A stretch of DNA of 64,000 nucleotides, taken from assembly GCA_964468345.1 (NCBI GenBank), contig CAYXVZ010000035.1, positions 132-64,131 of the forward strand, in the 5' to 3' direction. This document shows positions 32,132-45,151 of the stretch, one piece after another. A program made the translations under genes and the position numbers. Each line of letters begins with the position of its first letter. Position 1 is the first letter of the stretch. The DNA is from an uncultured Heliobacteriaceae bacterium (GTDB lineage: Bacteria; Acidobacteriota; Blastocatellia; RBC074). The notes under the pieces are model-generated. The model saw only the letters and a program-made list of their open reading frames with translations, was not told where the DNA came from and made no database searches.

Positions 32132-35100
32132 ATGCCATCCCATATCTTCATTTCGCACACCAGCAAAGACGATCCCTTCGTCAAGGAATTGCGCGAACAA
32201 CTCGCCGCGCACAAACTCAACGTCTGGGACGATGCGCGCAAGCTTCGCGGCAGCGCGCGGCTCGCCCCCGAAATCAGCGAAGCCATCGCCGCCGCGCGCC
32301 AGTTCATCGTCGTATTCAGCCAGAACGCGATTGATTCCGATTGGGTCTTCGATGAAATCAAACAGGCGCTGACCGTCGAGCAAGCGCGCAAGGGGGATGG
32401 ATACAGCATCATTCCGCTGCTGTTGCCCGATTTCAAACCGGCGATGTTGAAGCGCCTGTCGGTTTTCCCCGACGAACGTCTCGGCATCACCATTGCCGGC
32501 GGCGCGAACGGTTTGACGGATGCGATGCCGCAAATCCTGGCGGCGCTCGGCGAACGCGCCCCCGACCAGCCGACGCCCGCAATTGAGGCCGATGCACAGC
32601 CAATCGCCGAACTGATCCTCGAACTGCGCGACGGGCGCATCGAAACCCACGAAGGCAAAACGCGCGTCAAGGCCACGGCGACGCTGGTGTATGAACCGGC
32701 GGACAAGTCGCGCTCCGTCAAAAGCCAGCGCTTTTATTTCACTGCGCCGCTCGGCCCCATCGAAGCTGACGAGTTGCGCTGGTATCTCGAAGAGTATCAC
32801 CGCTGGCCCGCCGGACTCTTTCAGGAACGCGCCGCCCGCGTAGAAGCGCAATTGCCGCAATGGGGCGCGATGCTGTACGAAGCCGCGCTCGACCACCAGG
32901 CCGCGCAAGAGCCGCTGCTCGCGTGGCGGCAGGTCGCCGAATTGCACGAACGCCGTTTCTCGGTGCTGGTCGAACACGACCTGCCAACGGGCGCGAGCCT
33001 GGAGGAACAAGCCGCCGCGAACGAAGCCGCTTCGGCGTTGTTGACCCTGCCGTGGGAATTGTTGCGCGATCAGTTCGGCTGGTTGTTTCAAGGCAAGCAT
33101 GCCGTGCGCGTGCGCCGCACCCTGCCCAATCGCCGCGCCGCGCGCGAAGCCAAAGCGCGCTTGCCGATTCGCATCCTGCTGGTCAGTCCGCGCCCCGAAG
33201 ACAAAATGGCCGGGTACATTGACCATCGCATCAGCGCCAGGCCTTTGATCGAAGCCCTCAACGAACTCGGCGGACTCGCTGAATTGACCTTGCTCGAACC
33301 GCCGACCTTTCCCGCGTTGCAGGAGGCCTTGCGCCGCGCAACAAAAGACGACCGGCCTTTTGACGTAATCCATTTTGACGGCCACGGCGTTTATCACCGC
33401 GAACAGGGGTTGGGAAAACTCTGTTTTGAAAAAGCCGAAGACAGCCATTTGCTCAACGAGCGCGGGACACAATTGATTGATGCCGAGACCTTGGCCGGGC
33501 CCTTGCGCGATCACCGCATCCCGCTCGTCTTTCTCGAAGCCTGTCAGAGCGCGCAAGCCGAAAGCGATCCGACCGCTTCGGTGGCCGCGCGCCTGTTGAC
33601 CGAAGGCGTCACCTCCGTCGTAGCCATGTCGCACAGCGTCCTGGTTGAAACGGCGCGTCGTTTCGTCACGGCCTTTTACCGCGAACTCGCCGCCGGCGCG
33701 CGCGTAGGCCGCGCCATGCTCGTCGGGCAGCAAACCTTGCACGCCGATGACTTTCGTTTGCGCATCGCGGGCGCGGGCGAATTGCGTTTGCAGGACTGGT
33801 TCGTGCCCGTGCTTTATCAGGAAGAGCACGACCTGCAACTTGTCACCCGACTGCCCGGCCAGGCCGTGCGCGAGGTCGCCGCGCGCGCCCGGCAATTCCG
33901 CCTGGGCGAAGTGCCCGCGCCGCCGCCGCACAGCTTCATCGGACGCAGCCGCGAATTGCTCATGCTCGAACGAATGTTATCCAACGCGGAAAGCCCGCGG
34001 GGAAGCGGGCTTTCCCAGTACGCCGTCATTCGCGGACGCGGCGGCGAAGGCAAGACGACGCTGGCGGCCGAACTGGCGCGCTGGCTGGTGCAAACGCAGC
34101 GTTACGCCCAGGCGGCGTTTGTCAGTCTCGAACAATACAGCGACGCGCGCGGCGTGCTGGATGCGCTGGGCCGCCAGGTGCTGCCGTCTTATTCCGTGGC
34201 GGAATTCAAAGACCTCAAGGCCGCGCTGCAACCAGTCGCCCAGGCCCTGTGCGACCGCCGCACGGTCATCGTGATTGATAACGTCGAGAGCGTCTTGCCG
34301 GAACGTTCATCCACGAAGTCACACGAAGGGGCACGAAGAAGAGGAGAAACAACGCAAGACGTGAAGGAAATCCCGGCAACTCAAGCCAGTGTCGAAGCTG
34401 CGAACGACCCGGAAAATCTTCGTGCCCCTTCGTGTGACTTCGTGGATGAAATTTTTTCCGTTTGCGCAAACCTGCTGGCCGTCACCGATCAAACGCGCAT
34501 GCTGTTCACTTCGCGGGAGTGGTTGCCCGCGCCCTTCGATCATCCGCAAGGCCGCGTCACGCTGGGCGCGCTCAGTCAGACCGACGCCGTCGAACTGGTC
34601 AGCCACGTCTTGCGTACCGAAGGGCTGGACCTGAAACACGACGCGGCGGGCAATACGCCGCAGGAGATCACCGAACTGGTCACGGCGGCGGCGGGCCATG
34701 CGCGCGCCCTGACCTTGCTGGCGCGCAGCCTCGCCTCGCGGGGCGCACGCGCTACAGCGGAGGAGTTACGCGAACTGATGGCGCGCCTCGACCGCGAACA
34801 TCCCGGCGATCGCGAAAATTCGCTTTACGCCAGCGTCGAACTCTCGCTGCGCCGCCTGCCGCCCGAACTGCGCGAACAAGCCAGAGTGCTGGCGGTTTTT
34901 CACGGCGGCGTGCAAGTTGGCGTGTTGCGAATGATGCTGGAAGCCGATGAAGCGATCGTGCAACGGCTGGCCGCCGGGCTGGTGGGCGTCGGCCTGGCGG
35001 AAGCGATGCCTTACGGCCACCTGCGGCTCGATCCGGCGCTGCCGAGTCTGTTGCTGGCCCAAATGGAAAAGACGGCGGCGGCGGAACTGCCCGCGCTCAT

Positions 35101-36637
35101 CGCGCGCTGGGCTGAGGCGATGCGGGCGCTGACGGGCTTTCTCTCTCAGCAACGATTTCAGGATGCGCAACTCGCACAGCAATTGGCGCTGCTGGAACTG
35201 CCCAATTTGCAGTCGCTGCTGGCCTGGGCGGCTGGGGCGCTGCCGCCGGAAGAGGTGGTGAATTTAGCGAACTGTCTGGAGACGCTGCTCGCCAACTTGG
35301 GTCGCCCGCAGGCGCTGGCGCAGGCCGTCAGCGTGCGCACGGCGGCTGCGCGGCGGTTGGGCGCGTGGAGCCACGCGCAATATTTGAACGCGAGCGGCAA
35401 TATTGACCGGCTGCTCGACGAGGGCGATTTGCAATCGGCTTACGCGGCGGCGGGGCAATTGCTCGAACGCTGTCTGAGCGAGGGCGCGGCGGCTTACCCT
35501 GGCGCGGATTACGACATCGCGATAGCGCATTTCAGGCTTGGGCGGGTGCTGAATACGGTTGGGGCCGCCGAGCAGGCGGTCGCGCCGCTGGGGGAAGCGC
35601 GGCAGCGGTTTCAGGCGCTGGCCGATGCGGGCAACACCGGCGCCGCGCGGATGGCTTCCACCGCAATCACGGAAGGGGCGGATTGCCTGCTCTTTTTGGG
35701 GCGCTACGACGAGGCGGCCGCCGCGTATGAAGAAGCCATCCGGCGCGCTGAGGTACTCAGCAATCACCGGGGGGCCGCCGTCGCCAAAGGGCAACTCGGC
35801 ACGGTGCGGATGTACCAAAAACGCTACGCCGAGGCGCTGGAACGTCACGCCGAGGCGCTGAAGACCTTTGAAGCCCTGGGCGAGCCGGGCAATGTGGCTG
35901 GGAGCTGGCATCAGATCGGGATGGTTCACGAGATAGCCGGGCAGTTGGCCCAGGCCGAGCAGGCTTACCGGCAATCGTTGGCGATGCGGGTGCAGCACAA
36001 GCTCCGCGCGGACGAAGCTGCCAGCCTGAGTCAACTGGGCAATCTTTACGGTGCAATGGGGCGGCTGGAAGAGGCGACGACCTTTTACCGGCAGGCGGCG
36101 GAGATTTACGTTCAGTTGCAAGACCTGCGCTATGAAGGTTTCGTTCGCAACAATTTGGCCGGCACGCTGATCAAGCTGCAACGTTATGACGAAGCCCGCC
36201 GCGAATTGCGCCGCGCGATTGAATGCAAGCAGCCCTACGGCCACGCCGCCCAACCCTGGACGGCCTGGGGCATCCTGCACGATCTGGAACAGGCCACCGG
36301 CCACGCGCAGGCCGCCGCCGAAGCGCGCGCTCAGGCCGTGGCCGCCTATCTGGCCTACCGGCGCGTGGGCGGCGAGAGTCAAACCAACACCGCGCCGCTT
36401 TACGCGCTGGTCGCCGAAGCGTTGCGGCAAGGGACGACGACCGAGGCCGCCGCGCAACTCAACGCACTGTCGCAACAGAATCTCCCCGCGTGGGGACTGG
36501 CGTTACTCGACAAGCTGCACGCCATCCTGCGCGGCGAACGCCGGCCCGCGCTCGCCGCCGATCCGGCGTTGTTGTATTTGGATGCGGCGGAATTGACGCT
36601 GTTGCTGGAAGCGTTGCAGGATGAGGCGGCGGAATAA
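32132..36637 (+). CDS. TIR - CHAT (caspase-like) - STAND ATPase - TPR multidomain protein (bacterial NLR-like)
   Basis: TIR: IFISHTSKD and [12 protein letters not shown]: IHFDGHG and FLEACQS. ATPase: [23 protein letters not shown]-terminal TPRs. Confidence 0.88.
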   Translation: MPSHIFISHTSKDDPFVKELREQLAAHKLNVWDDARKLRGSARLAPEISEAIAAARQFIVVFSQNAIDSDWVFDEIKQALTVEQARKGDGYSIIPLLLPDFKPAMLKRLSVFPDERLGITIAGGANGLTDAMPQILAALGERAPDQPTPAIEADAQPIAELILELRDGRIETHEGKTRVKATATLVYEPADKSRSVKSQRFYFTAPLGPIEADELRWYLEEYHRWPAGLFQERAARVEAQLPQWGAMLYEAALDHQAAQEPLLAWRQVAELHERRFSVLVEHDLPTGASLEEQAAANEAASALLTLPWELLRDQFGWLFQGKHAVRVRRTLPNRRAAREAKARLPIRILLVSPRPEDKMAGYIDHRISARPLIEALNELGGLAELTLLEPPTFPALQEALRRATKDDRPFDVIHFDGHGVYHREQGLGKLCFEKAEDSHLLNERGTQLIDAETLAGPLRDHRIPLVFLEACQSAQAESDPTASVAARLLTEGVTSVVAMSHSVLVETARRFVTAFYRELAAGARVGRAMLVGQQTLHADDFRLRIAGAGELRLQDWFVPVLYQEEHDLQLVTRLPGQAVREVAARARQFRLGEVPAPPPHSFIGRSRELLMLERMLSNAESPRGSGLSQYAVIRGRGGEGKTTLAAELARWLVQTQRYAQAAFVSLEQYSDARGVLDALGRQVLPSYSVAEFKDLKAALQPVAQALCDRRTVIVIDNVESVLPERSSTKSHEGARRRGETTQDVKEIPATQASVEAANDPENLRAPSCDFVDEIFSVCANLLAVTDQTRMLFTSREWLPAPFDHPQGRVTLGALSQTDAVELVSHVLRTEGLDLKHDAAGNTPQEITELVTAAAGHARALTLLARSLASRGARATAEELRELMARLDREHPGDRENSLYASVELSLRRLPPELREQARVLAVFHGGVQVGVLRMMLEADEAIVQRLAAGLVGVGLAEAMPYGHLRLDPALPSLLLAQMEKTAAAELPALIARWAEAMRALTGFLSQQRFQDAQLAQQLALLELPNLQSLLAWAAGALPPEEVVNLANCLETLLANLGRPQALAQAVSVRTAAARRLGAWSHAQYLNASGNIDRLLDEGDLQSAYAAAGQLLERCLSEGAAAYPGADYDIAIAHFRLGRVLNTVGAAEQAVAPLGEARQRFQALADAGNTGAARMASTAITEGADCLLFLGRYDEAAAAYEEAIRRAEVLSNHRGAAVAKGQLGTVRMYQKRYAEALERHAEALKTFEALGEPGNVAGSWHQIGMVHEIAGQLAQAEQAYRQSLAMRVQHKLRADEAASLSQLGNLYGAMGRLEEATTFYRQAAEIYVQLQDLRYEGFVRNNLAGTLIKLQRYDEARRELRRAIECKQPYGHAAQPWTAWGILHDLEQATGHAQAAAEARAQAVAAYLAYRRVGGESQTNTAPLYALVAEALRQGTTTEAAAQLNALSQQNLPAWGLALLDKLHAILRGERRPALAADPALLYLDAAELTLLLEALQDEAAE
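34306..34450. mobile_element. Palindromic repeat element inserted in frame in the TIR-CHAT-STAND gene
   Basis: Perfect 34-bp inverted arms at 34306-34339 and 34417-34450. Same core as the intergenic copies at about 23907 and 57060. Confidence 0.8.
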
Positions 36638-36837
36638 GCCGTCGCGCCGGGCTTTCGCGCGGTGCGGTGTGGGGCGGTTTTTTTTTCATACACCGAAGCG
36701 ATGCCTCATCGCGGCAACGGCGTCAAGACGGTGCGGCAATGTCTTTGTCGGGCGGCAAGAGACTTGACCCAATTCATTATGGCGGAAGAAGGGTTGCGCT
36801 CCGTTTTCATCAATGGGGCAACAAAATAGAAACAATC

Positions 36838-38484
36838 ATGAAACACCGAAGCTTATTCTTTATCGCATGGCTGGCCCTCGTTCCTATCGCAGGCCAGTCA
36901 CAGATCAAAACCAATATGAGCAACCACAGCGACCTGTTGAAATTGTTCGGTGAGTGGCGGGCCTTCGAGCGGCCTCCGCTGCGTGACGGCGCGCCGGATT
37001 ATACCGCCGAGACATTCGCCAGGCGGCAACGGGATTATCAGCGATTGCGGCAGCGGCTGGATGCGATGGATGTCAGCCGCTGGCCGATCCCCGAACAGGT
37101 TGACTGGCGTCTGGTGCGCGCCGAGATGAACGGCTTTGATTTCAATCATCGCGTGTTGAAACCGTGGGCGCGCGATCCGGCTTTTTATCAGTCCATCAAG
37201 ACGGAACGCAGCGATGTGCCCGCGCACGAAGGCCCGACGCACCACGCGGTGACCGAACTCTGGACGTATCAATTTCCGCTGTCGCCGCAAGCAGAAGACC
37301 GGTTGTTGGCCGATCTCAGCGTCATTCCGCCGCTGATGCGCCAGGCGCGCAGAAACCTGAGCGGCAACGCGCGGGAACTCTGGATTGCCGGCATCAGAAA
37401 TATGCGGACGCAACGGACAGACCTTGACGCGCTGGCCGCAAAGGTCGGGACGAATGCAAAGCTGCAAGCGGTCATCGCCGAGAGCCGCGCGGCCACCGAC
37501 GAACTGATCGCCTGGCTCGAAGCGGAAGCGCCGAAAAAGAACGGCCCTTCCGGCATCGGAAAGGAAAATTACACGTGGTATCAGCAAAACGTGCACCTGC
37601 TGCCGATGACCTGGGAGCAGGAGGAGCGCTTGCTGAAGCGCGAACTGGATCGGGCCTGGTCCTCGCTCAAACTGGAGGAGCATCGCAACCGGCGACTGCC
37701 GCCGTTGGTCGCCGCCGCGAATCCGGCGGAGTACGATGCGAAGGCCGACAAGGCGGCAACGCGCTTCATGACCTTTTTGCGAGAGCAGGAAATCCTCACG
37801 GTCAAGGAATACATGGAACCGGCGCTGCGCGAGCATCTCGGTCGCTTCGTGCCCGTCGAGCGGCGCAATTTCTTTCTGATCGGATCGCATCTCGACCCGC
37901 TGCCGCTCTTCACGCATTTCTATCACTGGTTCGAACTGGCGCGCATGGATCGCGAGCCGCACGCAAGCCCGGTTCGCCGCGGGGCATTGCTTTACAACAT
38001 CTTTGACACCCGCAACGAAGGCACTGCCACCGCCGTGGAAGAGATGTTCATGCACGCCGGGCTTTATGACGACAGCCCGCGCTCGCGGGAAATCGTCTGG
38101 ATCATGATCGCGCAGCGGGCGGCGCGCGGGCTCGGTTCGCTGTATGCGCATGCCAACATGATGACCATGGAAGCGGCGGGCGGCGTTCATTCAGAAATGA
38201 CCCCGCGCGGATGGATGAAGACGGAAAAGGAATTGCTGCTGTTCGAACAGCATCTTTACCTGCGGCAACCCGGCTACGGCACGAGCTACATCACCGGGAA
38301 ATACCTGCTGGAACGGGCGCTGGCCGACTTCGCGAGGGAATATGAAAAGCGCGGCGAGGAATTCAAACTGAAATACTTCTTCGACCGCCTCAACGCGATC
38401 GATAGCATTCCGATCTCGCTGGCTCATTGGGAAATGACCGGACGCGACGACGAAATTCGCAAATTGATTGCTCCGACTTCATGA
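36838..38484 (+). CDS. DUF885-like secreted protein (metallopeptidase-like fold)
   Basis: Signal peptide, [23 protein letters not shown] and FFDRLN..IP motifs. Start at MKHRS. Confidence 0.7.
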   Translation: MKHRSLFFIAWLALVPIAGQSQIKTNMSNHSDLLKLFGEWRAFERPPLRDGAPDYTAETFARRQRDYQRLRQRLDAMDVSRWPIPEQVDWRLVRAEMNGFDFNHRVLKPWARDPAFYQSIKTERSDVPAHEGPTHHAVTELWTYQFPLSPQAEDRLLADLSVIPPLMRQARRNLSGNARELWIAGIRNMRTQRTDLDALAAKVGTNAKLQAVIAESRAATDELIAWLEAEAPKKNGPSGIGKENYTWYQQNVHLLPMTWEQEERLLKRELDRAWSSLKLEEHRNRRLPPLVAAANPAEYDAKADKAATRFMTFLREQEILTVKEYMEPALREHLGRFVPVERRNFFLIGSHLDPLPLFTHFYHWFELARMDREPHASPVRRGALLYNIFDTRNEGTATAVEEMFMHAGLYDDSPRSREIVWIMIAQRAARGLGSLYAHANMMTMEAAGGVHSEMTPRGWMKTEKELLLFEQHLYLRQPGYGTSYITGKYLLERALADFAREYEKRGEEFKLKYFFDRLNAIDSIPISLAHWEMTGRDDEIRKLIAPTS

Positions 38485-38517
38485 GCGTCAGGTCCCGATC
38501 CTGGCCCGCAGGCGCAA

Positions 38518-38850
38518 TCAGATGCGAGGCGAGGGATTGCTCTCGTAGTCGAACACCAGCACGGAATCCAGCCCGCGCTCCAGCGCCGGGATTACGGTAT
38601 CCCGGGCAAAGGCGACATGGGCGGGATGCTCCAGATATCGCTGCCGCGCCTGCTCATCGTCGAACTCCATACAGATGCCTTCCTCAAATCCTTTGCTCAA
38701 CCCTTCTGTGCTGGTATTGCGAATCCAGCGGAAGGATTTGATTTCAGGAATGACGGTCTGTAAAGCGGCGAAATCCTGGCGCAATGCCGCCAGTTCCCGC
38801 TCGCCGAGAATTTGCTTCCATTGAAAAAAGGCCAGATGAATGATGCTCAT
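38518..38850 (-). CDS. Dabb (stress-responsive A/B barrel) family protein
   Basis: IIHLAFFQWK, YLEHPAHVAF and LVFDY motifs. Confidence 0.8.
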   Translation of the reverse strand: MSIIHLAFFQWKQILGERELAALRQDFAALQTVIPEIKSFRWIRNTSTEGLSKGFEEGICMEFDDEQARQRYLEHPAHVAFARDTVIPALERGLDSVLVFDYESNPSPRI

Positions 38851-38982
38851 GGTTTTGCTATGCCGAGAGCGAATCCATGCTTCTCGGTCAGGAATTGGTT
38901 TCATCGGACAAAGACTTCCGTGGAAACGCGAATGGCGCGTTTCGGCATTTAGGGGGCCGCGCGCGATAGCGAAAGAGACGTT

Positions 38983-40401
<1,419 letters not shown>

Positions 40402-40413
40402 TGCCTTGTCCTT

Positions 40414-43329
40414 TCAGTACACAAAAGCAAACTCGTTGGCATTGAACAGCACGAGGCAGACATCCGCCAGCGCGCGCGTTCGTGCATCCACGTCTTTCGG
40501 TTGCAGGTCGGGGATGAAATCGGCATAGGCCGCAAGCCTTTCGACAAAACGGAATTTTTCGCCCGTGTTTTCTTCGACCGCCTCGCGCGTCACTTGCAAC
40601 GGCAGCTTCGGCGCGTCCAGCTTTGCCATGCGCTGCTTCGCTTCCATGGCGCGCCAATGCGCCATGCACAATTCCAGTTCCCTCGCATCCGGCGCGCGGC
40701 CATAGAGCAGTTGAAAACACAGCCGCAGCGCGTCCGCATCGTTCTTCGTTTCTTTCAGCGCGCGCGCCGCCAGCGCCAGCGCGCGCGCCGCACTGGCCTG
40801 ACTATTGAAGAGGCTGAAGACTTGCGGCGTGACCGTCGAAACGTCGCGGCGTTCGCAGGAAAAATCCGGCGCGGGGGCGTTGAAGACTTCCAGGAACGGA
40901 TCGGGCAGACCGCGCAGCTTCAGCGCATACAACGAGCGGCGATGACGCTGTGCCGGTGTCGGATTCGGCTGCCACGCGGCGGCAAACGTGCCCATCACCA
41001 TACGCGGTTGCAACGCGGCTTCGAGGTTGATTTCGGGCCGGTTCGGAATGCCGCCGAGTTGCCGGTTCAATTCGCCCGTCGCGGCCAGCATCGCGTCGCG
41101 CAATTCTTCGGCGGACAGGCGGCGCGGCTTGAACGCGGCGTAGCTGACGCCGTTCGGGTCTTTCTCCGCCAGCGTCTCGCGATCGGGGTGCTGCGCGGAG
41201 CGGCGATAGGCGTCGGAGTTCATGATGAGCCGATGCAGCGCCTTGAACGACCAGCTTTGCTCCGCGAATGTCGCGGCCAGCCAATCCAGCAATTCAGGAT
41301 GCGTCGGGCGCTTGCCGGTCGAACCGAAGTTGTTCGGATTGCCCGCCAGCGGCTGCCCGAAATGCCAGAGCCAGACGCGATTCACGATCGCGCGCGTCGT
41401 CAGCGGGTTCTCCGCGCTCGCCACCCAATCGGCGAAGGCTTTGCGACGGCCTTCGATGGTGTCTGGGATCGGCGTTTTTTGCGCGCCGCCAATGACGCTG
41501 AGCACGCCGGGCCTGACCTTGTCGCCCGGCGCGAACGGATCGCCGTAAATCAGGATCGCGGTCTCTTCCAGTTCGCCTTCGGTCAACCGATTCGCGGGGA
41601 CGCGCTGTGGCTGATTGACCGCCTTCACATTGAGCGTGTGACCGTTGTAAACCGACAGCGCGAAAGGTTCGTACCGCTCCAGTTCCCACTTCAACCGCTC
41701 CAGGCCCTTGCGCGCGACACGCTCGTTGCCGTAATCCTCCGGCGTGAAGCCGTAAAGCTTGGGCGGAAACTGCTCTTCGGGCACGCCCTGCCGCGTCATC
41801 GCGTTGCGCGCCGCGCTGAACACATCGGCAAACTCGCGCCCTTTGTTCGCGCCGTCCCGATTGCGCGCCTGCGCCACAGCCGCGTTCCAGCGCGCCGGGT
41901 CAATGCCTTTTTCCTTGAACCATTCCATTGCGGCTTGCAGCATTTGCTCATCAAGCCGTTGCAACACCGTCAAATATTCGGCGCGGCGCGATTCCAGATA
42001 TTTCTTTTCGTCAAAGCCGCCCGTGTTTTCCGAGGGGAAAAACGCGGCAGGACGCTCGGCCAGTTGCGTCGTCGCGAACACGGATTGCACGGCGTAATAA
42101 TCGCGCGTCGGCACGGGGTCGAACTTGTGATCGTGACAGCGCGCGCATTGCAACGATTGCGCGAGGAAGGTTTCGCCGACGCTGTTCGTCACATCGTCGA
42201 GAAATCGCTGCCGCGCGATTTTAGCGACTTCCATCCCGGTCAATTCCCACGGCCCCATCCGCAGGAAGCCCGTCGCGACGAGCATTTCTGGATCGTCCGG
42301 CGCAAGCTCATCGCCCGCGATTTGTTCCCGCGCGAAGCGGTCGTAAGGCTTGTCGGCATTGAACGCGCGCACGACGTAATCGCGATAACGCCACGCATTG
42401 CCGCGTTCGTAATCATTGGCAAAGCCCGACGAATCGGCATAGCGCACGACATCGAGCCAATGCTGCGCCATTCGCTCGCCGTAATGCGGTGAAGCCAACA
42501 GCCGCTCGACGGCGTTGGCAAAGGCTTCTTTGTCAGGCAAAGGATCGCGCAGGAACGCGGCCACTTCTTCCGGCGATGGCGGCAAGCCCGTCAAATCGAA
42601 GCTAGCGCGGCGAATGAGCGTCGCGCGCGCAGCCGGCGGCGCGGGCTGCAAACCGGCGGGCATCCGTGCGGCGAGAAATGCGTCAATCGGATTGCGGAGT
42701 TTGGATTGCGAATTGAGGATTTCTGCGGCGGAAAGCTTCTTGACGGGTCGATAGGCCCACAAGCCTTCCGGTTTGTATTTGCGATTCGTCCATTCCGGCG
42801 AAAGTCCGCCGGAGGTTTTCACCGCGAGGCCGTCTTCCGCCGCCCATTGCTGGGCGTACGCGGCGGTGAGTTCGCGTGTGCGCGCCGCGTCCGGCCAGGG
42901 CGCGCCTGCGGCAATCCATTGCCTGAGCCAGCCAACTTGCTCTGCATTGAGTTGATCCGCTTCTTTCGGGGGCATCGGCGACCAATCGCCGGCCGCCGCG
43001 CGCGTGACCGCCAGATACAACGGACTGGCTGCGGGTTGACCGGGCACGAGGGCGGGCTGTCCGCTGGCGCCGCCTTTGAGCAAACCGGCGCGGCTGCGCA
43101 GATCGAGCTTGCCTTTGATCTGGCTCTCGTCCTGGCCGTGACAGGCCAGGCATTTCATTTGCAGCAGCGGCGCGATGCGGCGAATGAAAAGAATTTCTGC
43201 GGCAGTGTCGTCTTGTTCCTCTGCGTGCCGCATTGCCGCGAAAGACGCGCGCAGCCCGTTTGTTGCAATCAACAGCGCTCCGCCAAAGGCCAGGAGCACG
43301 CAGGCGCATTTGAGAGAAAACATTTTCAT
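40414..43329 (-). CDS. PSD1 / planctomycete cytochrome c protein (DUF1549 + DUF1553)
   Basis: CLACHG, NPIDAF, HWLDVVRYADS, CARCHDHKFDP and NPLTTRAIVNRVW motifs. Confidence 0.92.
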   Translation of the reverse strand: MKMFSLKCACVLLAFGGALLIATNGLRASFAAMRHAEEQDDTAAEILFIRRIAPLLQMKCLACHGQDESQIKGKLDLRSRAGLLKGGASGQPALVPGQPAASPLYLAVTRAAAGDWSPMPPKEADQLNAEQVGWLRQWIAAGAPWPDAARTRELTAAYAQQWAAEDGLAVKTSGGLSPEWTNRKYKPEGLWAYRPVKKLSAAEILNSQSKLRNPIDAFLAARMPAGLQPAPPAARATLIRRASFDLTGLPPSPEEVAAFLRDPLPDKEAFANAVERLLASPHYGERMAQHWLDVVRYADSSGFANDYERGNAWRYRDYVVRAFNADKPYDRFAREQIAGDELAPDDPEMLVATGFLRMGPWELTGMEVAKIARQRFLDDVTNSVGETFLAQSLQCARCHDHKFDPVPTRDYYAVQSVFATTQLAERPAAFFPSENTGGFDEKKYLESRRAEYLTVLQRLDEQMLQAAMEWFKEKGIDPARWNAAVAQARNRDGANKGREFADVFSAARNAMTRQGVPEEQFPPKLYGFTPEDYGNERVARKGLERLKWELERYEPFALSVYNGHTLNVKAVNQPQRVPANRLTEGELEETAILIYGDPFAPGDKVRPGVLSVIGGAQKTPIPDTIEGRRKAFADWVASAENPLTTRAIVNRVWLWHFGQPLAGNPNNFGSTGKRPTHPELLDWLAATFAEQSWSFKALHRLIMNSDAYRRSAQHPDRETLAEKDPNGVSYAAFKPRRLSAEELRDAMLAATGELNRQLGGIPNRPEINLEAALQPRMVMGTFAAAWQPNPTPAQRHRRSLYALKLRGLPDPFLEVFNAPAPDFSCERRDVSTVTPQVFSLFNSQASAARALALAARALKETKNDADALRLCFQLLYGRAPDARELELCMAHWRAMEAKQRMAKLDAPKLPLQVTREAVEENTGEKFRFVERLAAYADFIPDLQPKDVDARTRALADVCLVLFNANEFAFVY

Positions 43330-43412
43330 AAGAGCCTCCGATGCAAACGGCGCAACATTTCCGCACACCCCGCGCCGTCGTGACGCTGTCTGTCATCCGG
43401 CAAACGAATCTC

Positions 43413-44789
43413 TCATCGCAACAACGCTTTCAGCCGGGCGACATCGTTCGCATATTTCGAATCGTTCGCCAGATTCCGATATTCGCCGGGGTCTTTGCGA
43501 TGGTCATAAAGTTCAGCGCCGCTTTTGCCGCCGTCCCACTCGGTGTAACGCCAGCGGTCCGTGCGCACGGTGCGTCCGGTTTTATCGCCGCCGCGCAGCA
43601 CAATCGTAAAGGCCGCATCCTTGCCTTTGGCTTTCGGATTTTGCAGCAAGGGTTTCAGGCTCACGCCTTCGAGTCGGTGCGGCGCACCCAATCCAGCGAG
43701 GTCGCTCAATGTGGGATAAAGATCGACGAACTCGGTGAGGCCATTGGCCGTCGCGCCTTTTTTCGCGCCGGGCGCAGCGATGATCAACGGCGCGCGCGCC
43801 GACAATTCAAACAGCGTGTTCTTGTTCCACCAGCCGCGTTCGCCCAGGTGGTAACCATGATCGCCGATGAAAACGATCACCGTGTTATCCAGTTGTTTGG
43901 TCTGTTCGAGCGCATCGAGCAGTTTGCCCACCTGTGCATCGGTGAAAGATACGCCCGCCAGATAAGCGCGTTTGAATTCGCGTCGCTCGCGGTCGGTGAA
44001 TCCGGCGAAGCGCCCATAAGCATTCGGTATGGCGAGTTCGACTTCGGTGCTGCGGTCTGTCGGGTCCGAGGCGAGCGGAATCTTTTCGAGCGGATACAAG
44101 TCGAAATACTTTTTCGGCGCGATGAACGGGTCGTGCGGTTTGTGAAAGCCCGCGCCGATGAACCAGGACTGGCCGCGCTTTTCATGGATGAGTCTGACTG
44201 CTTCGGCGGCGATCATGCCGTCGGGCTGATCTTCGTCGGTTCCGTCGGCGGCCAGCCAGTGGCACCACGGCGCTTCATCGCCCGCAAGGCGGCGGCCTTC
44301 GCCTTTCATGCCGCTCGGCGTCGTTTTATAGATGCGAATGTGATCGAATGATTTTTCGTCCGCCCAATCGGCCCTGGCGTCTTCCATCGTCAAGCCGCGA
44401 TGAAAAATCTTGCCGAGGCTCGCCGTGAAATATCCGTTCTGCCGGAACAATTGCGGCAGCGTGACGAGGTCAGGATGTTTCGCGCGAAAGAAAGTGTTGT
44501 TGCCCAGAATGCCCGTCGTCTCGGGCCGCAAACCCGTCAGGAAAGAGGCGCGCGAAGGGTTGCAGACCGGATATTGCACATAAGCGCGATTGAACCTCAC
44601 GCCGCGCTGCGCCAATCGATTCAGGTTCGGCGTCTGCGCAATCGTGTCGCCGAAATTGGCGCGCAAATCATCCGCGACGACGAACAGCACATTGGGGCGG
44701 CGTGACGCCTCCGGGCGATTGGTTTGCGAAACGGCGTTGGCGCAAAACAGCAAGGCCGCCAAGGCCGCGCGAAGAAAAATTTTTAGCAT
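43413..44789 (-). CDS. Sulfatase (S1, iduronate-2-sulfatase-like)
   Basis: [25 protein letters not shown] and GDHG motifs. Confidence 0.92.
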   Translation of the reverse strand: MLKIFLRAALAALLFCANAVSQTNRPEASRRPNVLFVVADDLRANFGDTIAQTPNLNRLAQRGVRFNRAYVQYPVCNPSRASFLTGLRPETTGILGNNTFFRAKHPDLVTLPQLFRQNGYFTASLGKIFHRGLTMEDARADWADEKSFDHIRIYKTTPSGMKGEGRRLAGDEAPWCHWLAADGTDEDQPDGMIAAEAVRLIHEKRGQSWFIGAGFHKPHDPFIAPKKYFDLYPLEKIPLASDPTDRSTEVELAIPNAYGRFAGFTDRERREFKRAYLAGVSFTDAQVGKLLDALEQTKQLDNTVIVFIGDHGYHLGERGWWNKNTLFELSARAPLIIAAPGAKKGATANGLTEFVDLYPTLSDLAGLGAPHRLEGVSLKPLLQNPKAKGKDAAFTIVLRGGDKTGRTVRTDRWRYTEWDGGKSGAELYDHRKDPGEYRNLANDSKYANDVARLKALLR

Positions 44790-44818
44790 GGTATCCCCGA
44801 TCCAAGCTGCGAGGTTCA

Positions 44819-44964
44819 CTAAATCAGTGCAAACAACTTTGGGACAGTTGAACCACGGGGAGCACGGGGGACACGGGGAAAAGACAAATAGATTCGACCT
44901 CCCCGTGTTCCCCGTGCTCCCCGTGGTTAATCCTACTGTGCCATTCTTGCTTGTTCTGATTTAG
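44819..44964. mobile_element. 146-bp MITE-like element (CTAAATCAG-end family) with a GGGG-type internal hairpin
   Basis: ctaaatcagtgcaaacaa ... aaccacggggagcacgggggacacgggga / tccccgtgttccccgtgctccccgtggtt ... ttgcttgttctgatttag. Confidence 0.75.
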
Positions 44965-45050
44965 AAAGGTTTCAGCGCGAATTGCACGATGCGCGGTTGA
45001 TTCGATTGCGCGCTGCTCTGTCCGAACGCCGCCGCGCCGAACGAGTCTTT
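44961..45050 (-). pseudogene. Remnant 3' end of a second TonB-dependent receptor gene
   Basis: Translates to SFGAAAFGQSSAQSNQPRIVQFALKPF-stop, the C-terminal signature seen in the intact TBDRs. Confidence 0.55.
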
Positions 45051-45151
45051 CGCCCGGCGCTGACGTGAAACGGTATCAAGTGCGGCGCGCTGAGATCGAT
45101 TGCCTGCAACGACGCTTCCGGCCCGGCGAGCCGCACCACATTTCGTTGCGT

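Noticed and set aside
32120-33931. 603-aa minus-strand ORF
   Set aside because: It is an antisense shadow of the TIR-CHAT gene in GC-rich DNA and has no motifs.
36638-36687. Intrinsic terminator after the NLR-like gene
   Set aside because: A T-tract is present but the preceding stem is too imperfect to call by eye.
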